Of a stretch of 64,000 nt of DNA, positions 19,442 to 29,023 are shown one piece after another. The DNA is taken from positions 64,001-128,000 of the IMG/VR virus record IMGVR_UViG_2894625894_000003; one strand, 5' to 3'. The DNA comes from a virus. Lineage: Duplodnaviria > Caudoviricetes. The position numbers and the translations under genes are program-made. The notes beneath the pieces were generated by a model that was not told where the DNA came from, ran no database searches, and saw nothing but the letters and a program-made list of their open reading frames with translations. The stretch's first letter is position 1, and each line of letters starts with the position of its first letter.

Positions 19442-20191
19442 TTAAAGAATGGGAATCAGCTCTACCTGTCCTCCTTGTTGGAACAGGGATCGGGCATTGT
19501 TCATCCGGGCTTGTTCGATCCGGGCGGGCCGCTCATAACTATGGGCGAAGGCATAGGCGGCCTCTTCGGGTGTTTTCGTAGCCCCCACCCGCTTGAGCAT
19601 CCGGGCCGACTCGCCGGGTTCGGAGAGAATATAGTCCAGCTGGAAATTCGTATCGTAGGGGTCGACACCGGCCTGGCGGGCGGCATTGACGACACCGGCC
19701 CACCGATCCGGATGCCACTGAGCCAGGCCCCTGGCTTTGCCACCGTCTCCTACAGCCCGGGTGTTGAGACTGGATTCCTGCATGAGATTACCCACAATAC
19801 CGGCCGCTACGTGTGGGGCCAGTCCGTGCTTTTTCTGTAGATACTGGTAGGCCTGCTGGGCCGTTGTGGAAGGTGCCGATGTAGACATGGATGGAGCGGG
19901 CGTGGAAGAAGACACATGACCGGCATACCCACTAAAGGGGGTAGCCAGGGAGGGCCTGGGGTCGTAGCGACGGCGGGCCTGGGGATTGTAGTAGGACCGG
20001 ATTTGATCCAGCAGCGTGAACTCCGATTCGTCAGCCGCCAGGGGCTCATCATCGGCATCCTCTTGGGCACCATCAGCATAATCCGGTACTGGAGAAGACT
20101 CCTCGGCGGCAGCCGGGGGCAGAAGAGATGGCTGCGGGTCCGCCCCCTCTTCGGGGACGGCCAGCAACTCATCCAACCAGGAAAGATCCAT
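19442..20191 (-). CDS. Virion-associated lysozyme (Phage_lysozyme2-like)
   Basis: AAGIVGNLMQESSLN...GLAQW...QLDYI...YERP. Confidence 0.85.
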   Translation of the reverse strand: MDLSWLDELLAVPEEGADPQPSLLPPAAAEESSPVPDYADGAQEDADDEPLAADESEFTLLDQIRSYYNPQARRRYDPRPSLATPFSGYAGHVSSSTPAPSMSTSAPSTTAQQAYQYLQKKHGLAPHVAAGIVGNLMQESSLNTRAVGDGGKARGLAQWHPDRWAGVVNAARQAGVDPYDTNFQLDYILSEPGESARMLKRVGATKTPEEAAYAFAHSYERPARIEQARMNNARSLFQQGGQVELIPIL

Positions 20192-20193
20192 AA

Positions 20194-23100
20194 TTATTGT
20201 GGGATGCGGGCAGGCTGGTCAGCAATCACGCCCATAAACTGATACTGGTAACGACTTTCGGTATTGATCAGGGTGAGCGTCTGCCCAGCCTGAATAAGGT
20301 GCTGGCCCGAGGCCTCCCGGGTAGGCATACCGTATTGGAGCCGGTTTTGATTTAAAATTCGCCTACTTCCTCCAGTTTCCCAAAGCCATACCGGTTGTTG
20401 GGTAGCTCCCACACGGCTAATATCCCGGAAGTTGTTGAGCCGCCAGAAGCCCGATCGGCTGCGACAAATAGGAACCTCGGTTCGGTCCTGTCGGTACTGA
20501 ATCCGGTTACGTTTATCGGCGCCATTGTCGGGCTCCAGCTGTAAATACCCACTACACCCTTCAGGACCCCAGATAACGGCTTGTCGAAACGGTTCGTTCT
20601 CGACCAGGTAATAACTGTCGTCCCCCCGATACCGAATTGTTTGCTGGCGGATCTGGATGGCCTGCAAGCGGGAGGATGCCCCGGCAGGCATGGGCACATC
20701 AATAACGAAGGGATGTAACCGGCCGTAAAACACCTGGAAGCTGCGACGGGTAGCCCCGTGAATCCACAAGCTATCGTCGGCCCAGGCACCTAACAGGGGT
20801 CCCATGGGTAAAAAGGCCTGGGGCTGGAAGGAATAGAACACCCAGCTTTCCCGGTTCAGGTAATACCCGACTGTCCAGTGGGCAGCAGTAAACGCCCGAC
20901 TGTCAGAGAGGGGTACCACCTGGCGCCCCTGACTGGTATCGCGGTAGAACTGATTGTAGACGGTATCATAGCGAACGGAAGCATCCCGGCAGACGTAGTC
21001 CCGCTTACTAAGCAGGATCCGGCCGTTCTGCCGGTCAAACCCCATACTAATCCCACAGCCCGTCGCCGTATTGTCGACTGGAATCTGAGGAAATTGTTCC
21101 TGAAGTCGGAATGGCAGGTGTCGCTCGAAAAATTCCTGCATTCCTTTCTGGGTCAGATCCTGGAGTCCCTCCCCGCTGGGCGATAGCAGAAACACCTTCC
21201 GGTTCCGGACATCCAGGGTAACAATACCGTATTCGGTTCGCAGCAGGCCCTTATGAGAGGAGCCGGCATAGCCGCCATCGGTCTGGATGTATTCCTGGGG
21301 CTGCTGGGCAAAGAGCTCCCCGGCTCCCAACTGAATGGGCTGCTGGGACGTATCCAGCCGCAACATACCGCCAAACAATCGGCTGCTGAGTTGCTGACGA
21401 ACCAGGAGTCGGTCCCCGGCAATGCCGTCGACACCCGTCAGCAGGCCCCGACTGGCACCGGCATCGTAGATGTCGTTGGGCCGGAAAGTCAGCCAGCGGT
21501 CGAAACTGCTGGTTTCTACCAGGGGATCGGCGGCATTGAGCGAGACACGAATCCGGTTGGGGTGAACCTGCCGACAGGCCTGCCCGGGCCGGAACGCGGC
21601 ACTATACCCACACAGACTATTCTCCTGGGGTACCCGGCTGTAGACAGGGTTATAAAAATACCGGTTATCGATAGCGGGTGAAACGACTTCCTCCTGCAGC
21701 CACTGGGAGAGATTAGCGGTGGCCGGGTAAAAACTATTTTCTTTACCCTCCCGGCCGTGCCGAAGATCCAGGTTAATGCTGGACTCACAGAGAAAGCTGG
21801 GAATACCGTAGCTATAGAGGTACATATACCCCTTCTGGAAATACACCTTCGTATCGGTTGAATCCAGATCGAGTCGGTTCTTGGCAGCCCCGAAATTGGC
21901 ACTTACCACCGCCCCCAGGGCGGAGAACACGTTGTTGGCCTCGAAGCCGTCCAGCAGGCCTCCCAACGTATTGAGGTAGTAGTTCGGGTAGGCTACGTTT
22001 CCCAGCTTCTCATACCGAACGTCGGTTCCGGAAGCCGCCTTGAACCGGGTCTCCCGGAAGAAACTGTGTTTACGTTTGAGGCTCATCCGACCAATAAAGG
22101 TACCGCCACCAAAGATTAAGCCCGGATTACTGGTTAGGGCGATGCTGCCATAACCGGTTTCCACATACCGGATGGTTTCCAGATTGCCGTACTGATCGGG
22201 CCGGTTGGCTTTGATGGAACCGTAGTAACTGGATATAGGAGCGTAAATCCGTTTGGATAAATTATCCTCGTCGGTTACCTCGGCCGCCACAAACCGGCTT
22301 TTATCCTCAACGCTGGGCATAGGTAAGGCTTTACCCCGAATCCGCAGGTAGGTAGCCGATTCCCGGTGCCAGTTATTGAACCGTATCCGGCGGGGCCGCT
22401 GTTCCTGTTGATCCCGCAGGGGAGCAAAGGGGTCAGTTAGCAAATCACCCAGTCGAAACGAGGGCACTTTACCCGTTGTTGGTACGGGGTTGTCATCCAC
22501 ATCCTGCCAGTCAGCTTCCAGGGATTGTAAACTGCCTAGTGCCCGGATCTTATGGCCCCACCCATTGGTAATGGGAAGACTGTTGACATACCGACCTACT
22601 GAGTTGTACTGGAGGGCAAAATTGTGGTAGGGTGTGATGGCTGTCAGGATTTCCCGCATCAGGGCAATCGACTGCATTAACTGGACAATCGAGGCTGGAT
22701 TAGCCATCTTGACGGCCGTCTTCACGATACTAGCAATAGCATCGGTGATCAGATCGATAAAGCCCGTCTGGGTCGAGCTAACGGTCGTACTCATATCGGC
22801 CAGGGTGTGACTAATAAACGACGGGCCTTCGGGATTTAAAACCCCGGTAGAGGGTTGATTAAAGCCGGAAGGAGCTAAAGGCCGACTCGTCGAACCTACG
22901 GTAGATACGGGTTCCCCAAAGGTCATCCGGGTGGATGCCGTATTGGAAGCTGCCACGGGGGGTATCGATTCGGAGTCCACTTTTCGGGAATCGTCGTCTT
23001 TGGCAAAAAACAGAGCAATACCAGCTGCCGCTGCCATAATGGAGGCAAAGGTCGACAAAAATCGGTAGTGTGCCTGACCCCGGGCTTCTTCGAAGTAGCC

Positions 23101-25245
23101 TTCACTCTGCCCCGTTTCCAGGGTTTCTAGGACGAGTTTATCCCCCGAGAGTCCCCGCTGTTTGCCCAGAAAATGGTGCTCGGGACTATGAAACGTATAG
23201 CGACCAGAGGTATCAAACTTCAACCGGTATTCACACTGTACCCCAGCCCGGCCATTACAATCCCGGGGTTTGGTACGACCGCCCCCGTAATCGGGATTGT
23301 CGTAGGTACTGGTGTTGGAGGACAGGAACGGATCCGTTCGAAGGTCGTTATAGGGATAGTTGGGATAATAAACGGTTTGATCGTCCTTCTGGTATTTGTT
23401 GACATCGTACAGCAATCCTTTGGCTAGGACTGAGGCCTGACCCGTCATATCGGCCCGTACCAGCCGGTAGCCTTTGATCCGCAGCCGGTCGGCTTCCGAA
23501 AGAAATCCCCGACGTACCCCGTCGGCCAGTGCATTGATTACCGAGCCGTGGTCAACCTGTAAACCCAGTACGTAGAGCATGTTCTGAGCACCGAACTGCA
23601 GATCCCCGGTTCCATCGTGAAAGGGGCTGATACTACAGTCGGGCAGCCGGTGGTGCCGGATGGGCTTTCCAGCCAGCTCCCCCCAGATCAAGGGATCATT
23701 GGGGTAGCGAAGCACCGACTCCCAATAGCCCATCTCCCCAGTCTCCCAGATGGTATCTTTACAGGGGTCATAAGGCTGATGGGGCTGGGTTAGCGTCCTG
23801 GCTGTATTATAAACCTGCCAGTAGGCGGGCACGGCTGGGTTGCAGTCCGTCTGCTGGCTAAGCCGGTCAGCATTATCGGGTGCTGGCTTGAGCTCGTCAG
23901 TAGACGCTATCCGGCCCGGCAGGTGCAGCACACAGGATTCCTCCCCCGTATCATACTCAAAGACCAATCCAACAGCAATTACCTCATCGCGGGGGTAGCC
24001 CGTCATCCGGCTGGCGGTAACCCCATTACGGTAGGACCCTTCGGGTAAACTGGTTGTTGCCCACCCCAGGCGGATGCTATTGACGACCCGTTGGAGGTTA
24101 GGCTTACTGTACTCGGTCAGTCCCCAGGTAAAGAGTTTGTTACCCGACTCGGTCAGTCCCTTGCTGGATTCGTAGTAGGCCCTTCGACTCAGCAGTTCGG
24201 CCAGCGGTAGGGTTGTCATCGTCTCATTACCCGTTATGAGTAGCTGTCCCTGGTCGATAGGGAATGTTCCTACCAGCCGACTTTGCAGGGCACCATCGAC
24301 GTTCTGGAGCATGACCAGGTTATAAAACGGAAAGCTGGCCGTGTCCGCTGTTACCGTCAACCGGATTGCCTGCCCGGTATCGTAATCCGTTTCTTCCGTG
24401 GTTTGCCGGGTGGACAGGCTGACGGGGTAGGTCATTCCCTGGTAATCAGACAGGGCATTACCTTGTGCATCCGCATAGGCAGCCAGAAACCGGTAGGTCC
24501 CGGCCGGTAGGTTCCCCCCCGAGACAACCGCTGTCGGCTGCAGTCGAAGACGGCCCAGTAGCGGTTGCATCCGGATCCGGTTCAGATCCAGCTCGGCCAG
24601 CCCCGGAAACTGGAAGTAAGGATCCAGCACCAGGTTGGACAGAGGGTTAAGCGGCTGGCTGTAGGTAAAGTAAAGGTACCGATCGGGATTATACCCATCC
24701 ACCCAGTAGAGACGCAGCCGGCAGTCGTCAAGCCGCACCTGGGCATCAATCGGATGATGCAAATTGAAGTTAAACCGAAAATGCTCTACCAGCACCGTCA
24801 GTCGGGCACCAGGCCCCACCGATACGGATTCCAGGGGATGCACCTGGGTAGATGGTGGGCATTCCACACAGGGGGCTACACTGCCCAGATTGTCGATCCC
24901 CCGCTCCAGGCGTACCCCCGTGAGCTCCACCAGTTTGCCTGGGGTCGTGTCAAAGCCGGACAGCGGTTGTTGGTTACCACTGACCAGGGGGGTTGCTTTG
25001 GGGGCTAAAAACAGCAAAAGCCGTTCCTGAGCTGGAACGGCAACGTAGCCAGCTACCCCAAAACCGGCAGGCAGGTGGTGAGCCAGCAGGGTCGATGGCT
25101 CATTGGTAATCAAAGGGGCCGTGGGTGTTCCCGACAGGGCTGCATTGAGCAAGTAGGGAGAAGCCCCTTCGGGAAGTGCACCCGGGCTCACGTCCCGGTT
25201 CATGCCCGGAACGGCCTGGATGGAATGGGCTTGCGGAGTGGTCAT
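20194..25245 (-). CDS. Tail muzzle/stabilization protein
   Basis: 1683 aa; GMNRD N-terminus, LYWVDGYNPDRY, GTYRF..AY, YPRDEV motifs; follows the tubular protein. Confidence 0.85.
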   Translation of the reverse strand: MTTPQAHSIQAVPGMNRDVSPGALPEGASPYLLNAALSGTPTAPLITNEPSTLLAHHLPAGFGVAGYVAVPAQERLLLFLAPKATPLVSGNQQPLSGFDTTPGKLVELTGVRLERGIDNLGSVAPCVECPPSTQVHPLESVSVGPGARLTVLVEHFRFNFNLHHPIDAQVRLDDCRLRLYWVDGYNPDRYLYFTYSQPLNPLSNLVLDPYFQFPGLAELDLNRIRMQPLLGRLRLQPTAVVSGGNLPAGTYRFLAAYADAQGNALSDYQGMTYPVSLSTRQTTEETDYDTGQAIRLTVTADTASFPFYNLVMLQNVDGALQSRLVGTFPIDQGQLLITGNETMTTLPLAELLSRRAYYESSKGLTESGNKLFTWGLTEYSKPNLQRVVNSIRLGWATTSLPEGSYRNGVTASRMTGYPRDEVIAVGLVFEYDTGEESCVLHLPGRIASTDELKPAPDNADRLSQQTDCNPAVPAYWQVYNTARTLTQPHQPYDPCKDTIWETGEMGYWESVLRYPNDPLIWGELAGKPIRHHRLPDCSISPFHDGTGDLQFGAQNMLYVLGLQVDHGSVINALADGVRRGFLSEADRLRIKGYRLVRADMTGQASVLAKGLLYDVNKYQKDDQTVYYPNYPYNDLRTDPFLSSNTSTYDNPDYGGGRTKPRDCNGRAGVQCEYRLKFDTSGRYTFHSPEHHFLGKQRGLSGDKLVLETLETGQSEGYFEEARGQAHYRFLSTFASIMAAAAGIALFFAKDDDSRKVDSESIPPVAASNTASTRMTFGEPVSTVGSTSRPLAPSGFNQPSTGVLNPEGPSFISHTLADMSTTVSSTQTGFIDLITDAIASIVKTAVKMANPASIVQLMQSIALMREILTAITPYHNFALQYNSVGRYVNSLPITNGWGHKIRALGSLQSLEADWQDVDDNPVPTTGKVPSFRLGDLLTDPFAPLRDQQEQRPRRIRFNNWHRESATYLRIRGKALPMPSVEDKSRFVAAEVTDEDNLSKRIYAPISSYYGSIKANRPDQYGNLETIRYVETGYGSIALTSNPGLIFGGGTFIGRMSLKRKHSFFRETRFKAASGTDVRYEKLGNVAYPNYYLNTLGGLLDGFEANNVFSALGAVVSANFGAAKNRLDLDSTDTKVYFQKGYMYLYSYGIPSFLCESSINLDLRHGREGKENSFYPATANLSQWLQEEVVSPAIDNRYFYNPVYSRVPQENSLCGYSAAFRPGQACRQVHPNRIRVSLNAADPLVETSSFDRWLTFRPNDIYDAGASRGLLTGVDGIAGDRLLVRQQLSSRLFGGMLRLDTSQQPIQLGAGELFAQQPQEYIQTDGGYAGSSHKGLLRTEYGIVTLDVRNRKVFLLSPSGEGLQDLTQKGMQEFFERHLPFRLQEQFPQIPVDNTATGCGISMGFDRQNGRILLSKRDYVCRDASVRYDTVYNQFYRDTSQGRQVVPLSDSRAFTAAHWTVGYYLNRESWVFYSFQPQAFLPMGPLLGAWADDSLWIHGATRRSFQVFYGRLHPFVIDVPMPAGASSRLQAIQIRQQTIRYRGDDSYYLVENEPFRQAVIWGPEGCSGYLQLEPDNGADKRNRIQYRQDRTEVPICRSRSGFWRLNNFRDISRVGATQQPVWLWETGGSRRILNQNRLQYGMPTREASGQHLIQAGQTLTLINTESRYQYQFMGVIADQPARIPQ

Positions 25246-25943
25246 AGTTGATAGCGGGATAAAAGGCGGCCGTGCCAGCTTTCTTTCCAGGCCAGCAGTT
25301 GCTTGAAACTCGGCGTTTTGAGGTAGTTGGTGGCTACCGCTTCGGCTAGTTCATAGTCCCGTTTGGCCAGGTCCAGTCGTCGTTCCAGGTCATTGACCTC
25401 CGCATTGATGTAGAGGTCCTTGAGGGTCTGGTAGATAAGAAACTTTTCCAGGTAATCGGTCAGTATCGGTTCAGCCGGCACCAGGATTGAGCCGTTATGG
25501 CGGGGAGTCCCCCACCCCTGGACCAGTACATAACTATCGGTAAAATCGAACCGAAAGTAATGGCCGTCTTCAGTAAACTGGCGGTGGTAGTGATGGGAAC
25601 GACAGGGCGATTGACGGTGGATCTGACTGTTTCGTTCGGCCTGGTGAGAGACCTGTCTGGCCCGGCTGGGGGGAATATACCGCAGCAGGGATCCGCTACT
25701 GGCCTCGGGATCTTCCAGCTCATGGATACTCCAGAAATCGACCATATCGGCGGGCTTGAGTACGCGGTGATTTTTTACGGCCAGCACCCACTCGGTCTCT
25801 TCTTTCAGAGACAGGCCCATTCGGCCCATCTCCTTTTTGAGCAGCGAGTAAAACTCTCCGGTATCCACCAGGTTAGCCGCTACGTAGCTACGCAGTCGGC
25901 TTTCAACCCCGCTTATCAGGGAGGCAGCGTCAGTAAATTGCAT
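25242..25943 (-). CDS. Tail tubular/ring protein
   Basis: 233 aa immediately upstream of the muzzle gene, as in Crassvirales. Confidence 0.7.
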   Translation of the reverse strand: MQFTDAASLISGVESRLRSYVAANLVDTGEFYSLLKKEMGRMGLSLKEETEWVLAVKNHRVLKPADMVDFWSIHELEDPEASSGSLLRYIPPSRARQVSHQAERNSQIHRQSPCRSHHYHRQFTEDGHYFRFDFTDSYVLVQGWGTPRHNGSILVPAEPILTDYLEKFLIYQTLKDLYINAEVNDLERRLDLAKRDYELAEAVATNYLKTPSFKQLLAWKESWHGRLLSRYQL

Positions 25944-25945
25944 GG

Positions 25946-26467
25946 TTAAGGCTGGAGGCTGGAAAATTTATAGGTTCCTTCGAGATAGTCGTGCCCCTGA
26001 TCGAGCCGGTCTTTGATGGAGCGGTTCAGCTCCCGAACGGCCTGAAAGGTAAACAGGTACTTTAACGGAAGGCGGGCTTTCTTGAGCCGGACCCATTTGA
26101 TACAGTACGTGTAGCCGAAGGTGTGTAAATTAAGCTGGGGTACCTTCTGGCCCGTCTTACAAAAAGCAACCCGGTCGATAAAGGGCTGATTGCCCCGCAC
26201 TTTACGTTTGTTAATGATCAGCAAGCCTAGTCGGTGGGGCAGCCAGAAACCACCCCGATCGGAAAGGACAGCCTCAGCAATGGATTTGTTGGAGGCTTCG
26301 ATAACGGCCAGCCAGGTTTTGAAGGGAGGAGGGTTTTTATGACCGGCATAAATGGCCTGCCAGGTTTCTTTGTTGGAAAGCGAATGCCGACCGGCTAGTT
26401 TACTGGGCTTGGCCAGCTGTTTTTTCGAGTCGGTTGTCGTTTTGTAATTCGTCGGGAGGAATTCCAA
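25946..26467 (-). CDS. crAss IHF/HU-like protein
   Basis: FWLPHRLGLLIINK...NLHTFGY motif and position; TTG start uncertain. Confidence 0.65.
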   Translation of the reverse strand: MEFLPTNYKTTTDSKKQLAKPSKLAGRHSLSNKETWQAIYAGHKNPPPFKTWLAVIEASNKSIAEAVLSDRGGFWLPHRLGLLIINKRKVRGNQPFIDRVAFCKTGQKVPQLNLHTFGYTYCIKWVRLKKARLPLKYLFTFQAVRELNRSIKDRLDQGHDYLEGTYKFSSLQP

Positions 26468-27092
26468 GGGGTGATTGTCTCAGCGATTGGGTGAGTGTCG
26501 ATAGCAGGTCATGCACCAGATAATCCGGCAGCGGGCTGGTCTGCTCCAGCCGGGAGATTGCCGGATCGTAGGGATCCACCGGGTACTGGAAAAGGCCCCG
26601 TACAGTTACCGCTTCCAGATCGTCTCCAATCAAATAGAGATGATCATCTGCCCCCCGGTGGTAGTAGCCCCAGCCGGGTGGATGTTCCTGCCGGTTGAGC
26701 AAAGCTGGCCATAAGGCGGGGTTCTTGGGGTGATACCGGCGGGAACCATCCAGGGAAGTTACCAGCAGCAGATCACCGGATTGCCCCGAAAACAGGGCGG
26801 GCAGCGGTTGTCGACTTTTACGGAGAGATCGGCCCGACCCCACCAGCACGTGGGTGGGTAGACCTGGCATCCAGGCAGGTACTTCTGCCGGGTCCAGCAC
26901 CAGGTGGTCAATGACCTGGTAGAGATTGGTTAGCTTTAAAATCCGGCGGGAGTCCGAGTCACGCCGGATAAAAACCGAAGCCAGCCGAAGGAGCTGGCGG
27001 TACAAATATCGGTTGGAAATTCGACTATCCCTATCGACCGACCGTAAATTATTTCGGAGGGTGTAGAGCTGCTCCCCAATAGTTTCGTTCAT
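26400..27092 (-). CDS. Tail ring protein
   Basis: MNETIGEQL...DSRISNRYL; ATG 27092 overlaps the CHAP stop codon (ATGA). Confidence 0.65.
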   Translation of the reverse strand: MNETIGEQLYTLRNNLRSVDRDSRISNRYLYRQLLRLASVFIRRDSDSRRILKLTNLYQVIDHLVLDPAEVPAWMPGLPTHVLVGSGRSLRKSRQPLPALFSGQSGDLLLVTSLDGSRRYHPKNPALWPALLNRQEHPPGWGYYHRGADDHLYLIGDDLEAVTVRGLFQYPVDPYDPAISRLEQTSPLPDYLVHDLLSTLTQSLRQSPLGIPPDELQNDNRLEKTAGQAQ

Positions 27093-27553
27093 AAGTTTGT
27101 ACGGAGAAATCCTTTGATCGATGCGGCTTTCCGGCTTCTCCGGCATACCACGAACCCCTCCCGGCTACCTTCATCGTTGGTATTACCTTCAATGGTATGA
27201 AAACGGGTTCCTTCCCGGGTAGCTATCACCTGTTCGACAATGCCGGCGTGGCCCTGTCCTTTCCCATAATCCATGATAAAAATATCACCGGGACGTACAT
27301 CATCGGCTTTCACCCGAAGGCTCGTCGAGGAATTCCACTGTTTGAGGACACCACCCGTTTTAAAGAGAGGGTTGATGTCATTTTGTGCCCTGGCTGCTTT
27401 TTCAGCACACCAGTAGCAGAAGGCCATGCACCAGGCGGCCGGGAAATAAATCCCGACCGATTTGAGGTACTGTTCTACGGAATACCCCCAGTTGGAACCC
27501 CGGGGGCTTTCTTCCACGCCAACCTGCGATTGAGCAGCTTGTAAAAGCGTCAT
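27089..27553 (-). CDS. CHAP-domain endolysin
   Basis: AWCMAF...GDIF...GHAGIV...TIEGNT. Confidence 0.9.
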   Translation of the reverse strand: MTLLQAAQSQVGVEESPRGSNWGYSVEQYLKSVGIYFPAAWCMAFCYWCAEKAARAQNDINPLFKTGGVLKQWNSSTSLRVKADDVRPGDIFIMDYGKGQGHAGIVEQVIATREGTRFHTIEGNTNDEGSREGFVVCRRSRKAASIKGFLRTNL

Positions 27554-27561
27554 TGATTACA

Positions 27562-28308
27562 TTAAAAGGGGATATACGTCAGTCCCACCCCGAGGTAGGG
27601 AGCTGGTTTGGGTGTTCCCGACTCGGGAATACTGTAGCCATAACCCACATGAAAACCCAGTTGTAGCCGGGGCTTGGGTGTCTGAACGACAATGGACTGC
27701 AGGGTCGGGGTATGCACGTAAGGGTTGGTATTGAAGGCTGACACGACGGTCTGCCGTTCACCCAGTCCCAGAAAACCGGTTTTCCGGGTAGCTACCTGGA
27801 GATGGATCTGGTTGGGCAGCAGCAGCGAGTCGATGGTTACACCGGACGAATCGGTTGATCCTTCAATATAAAACTTAGGGAGTGCATTGAGCTGGAAGTC
27901 CATGCCCCGCCCCTGATAGGGAATCTTCAGATCCTTGATGGAGGCCTGCTGACTGGCGATGATTGTTGCCTGTGGGGTAAACTTACGGAGCCGATTTATT
28001 TCCCGTTGTAGACTATCCGTCAGGGCAATATACTGGGCAAGCACCTTAGTGGTGGTAACCGTACCGGCTTGCACCTGGGCCACCTCGACAACCTTGTCGC
28101 GGTACTGGATCTGCACCTGCTGGGTTTTGTGGGTCTGGGTAGCCAGGGCTTCGACCGTCTGACTTTCCTGCTTGGCCGTCTCACAGCTCCGGCTAATGAC
28201 CAGAATGATGATCATAATAAACAAACAGATCACCAGCCAGGGGCGGGAAAGTATTTCATGGGTTGCAGCCGAGAACCAGCTTTGTTTGGGTGGGGTCGGA
28301 ACGGGCAT
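27562..28308 (-). CDS. Putative spanin-like lysis protein
   Basis: N-terminal TM, coiled coil, C-terminal amphipathic beta strands; lies between holin and endolysin. Confidence 0.55.
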   Translation of the reverse strand: MPVPTPPKQSWFSAATHEILSRPWLVICLFIMIIILVISRSCETAKQESQTVEALATQTHKTQQVQIQYRDKVVEVAQVQAGTVTTTKVLAQYIALTDSLQREINRLRKFTPQATIIASQQASIKDLKIPYQGRGMDFQLNALPKFYIEGSTDSSGVTIDSLLLPNQIHLQVATRKTGFLGLGERQTVVSAFNTNPYVHTPTLQSIVVQTPKPRLQLGFHVGYGYSIPESGTPKPAPYLGVGLTYIPF

Positions 28309-28311
28309 GGG

Positions 28312-28638
28312 TTAGAGCTGTTTTTCGTACATTTTTTGCATGAGGGCCGTATTCTGGCTCAACACTTCGGTATTCCGGGCAACGGTTGCCTGGAACTGTT
28401 CCGTGGTACGGATGCTGTCAGCCTGCATCTGGGCCATCTGCTGAAGAAGCTGCAGGATCTGTTTATCCTTTTCGGCCACCAGAGCCTCTTTTTGCTGGTA
28501 AGCCCGGTAGAGGACAATAAGCACCATCAACAGGATTCCGGCGATTGACAGATTCTGAGCCAGGGCCTGGACCTGGGTGATACCCGGATCCAGGACGGTC
28601 GGTGCGGCAGTGGTAGCCTGCAAAAGGATTGGTTCCAC
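28312..28638 (-). CDS. Putative holin
   Basis: Single TM plus coiled coil, in the lysis cluster. Confidence 0.55.
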   Translation of the reverse strand: MEPILLQATTAAPTVLDPGITQVQALAQNLSIAGILLMVLIVLYRAYQQKEALVAEKDKQILQLLQQMAQMQADSIRTTEQFQATVARNTEVLSQNTALMQKMYEKQL

Positions 28639-28647
28639 GGGAAGAAA

Positions 28648-29022
28648 TTAGTCGATGTAATACGTCAGACCGGTGCCGGTGACGGGTAGCTGGGCCGATC
28701 CTCGGCAGGATCGCCAGCCGACCAGCAGCCCCGGCTGGAGGTACCGGAGCTGATTGGTCTGAGGAAAATCAATCGTAGATCCTGGTGTGACGGACAGGGC
28801 TGCGTAGATTACGGCTTGTTTGCCATCTGGGACCGAGATCCCCCGACCGTCATTGTGTAGGGTCTCGGCGGGGGAAATACGGCAGGAACAGATCTGAAGG
28901 CGGGAAGCCAGCTGGTGCTTGACGGTTTCCACATACTGGGGATCCTCGGCCAGCAGTTTAGAAGGGTCTATAAATACCTCCTCGGTAACGAGGGTCTCAG
29001 AATCTAATAAGAGTGAAAGCAT
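28648..29022 (-). CDS. Hypothetical protein
   Basis: ORF filling the operon gap; ATG 29022 chosen. Confidence 0.5.
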   Translation of the reverse strand: MLSLLLDSETLVTEEVFIDPSKLLAEDPQYVETVKHQLASRLQICSCRISPAETLHNDGRGISVPDGKQAVIYAALSVTPGSTIDFPQTNQLRYLQPGLLVGWRSCRGSAQLPVTGTGLTYYID

Positions 29023-29023
29023 A

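Noticed and set aside
26400-26467. Frameshift fusion of the ring protein to the IHF-like gene at GAAAAAA
   Set aside because: Would need a +1 shift, has no stimulator, and a TTG start explains the overlap
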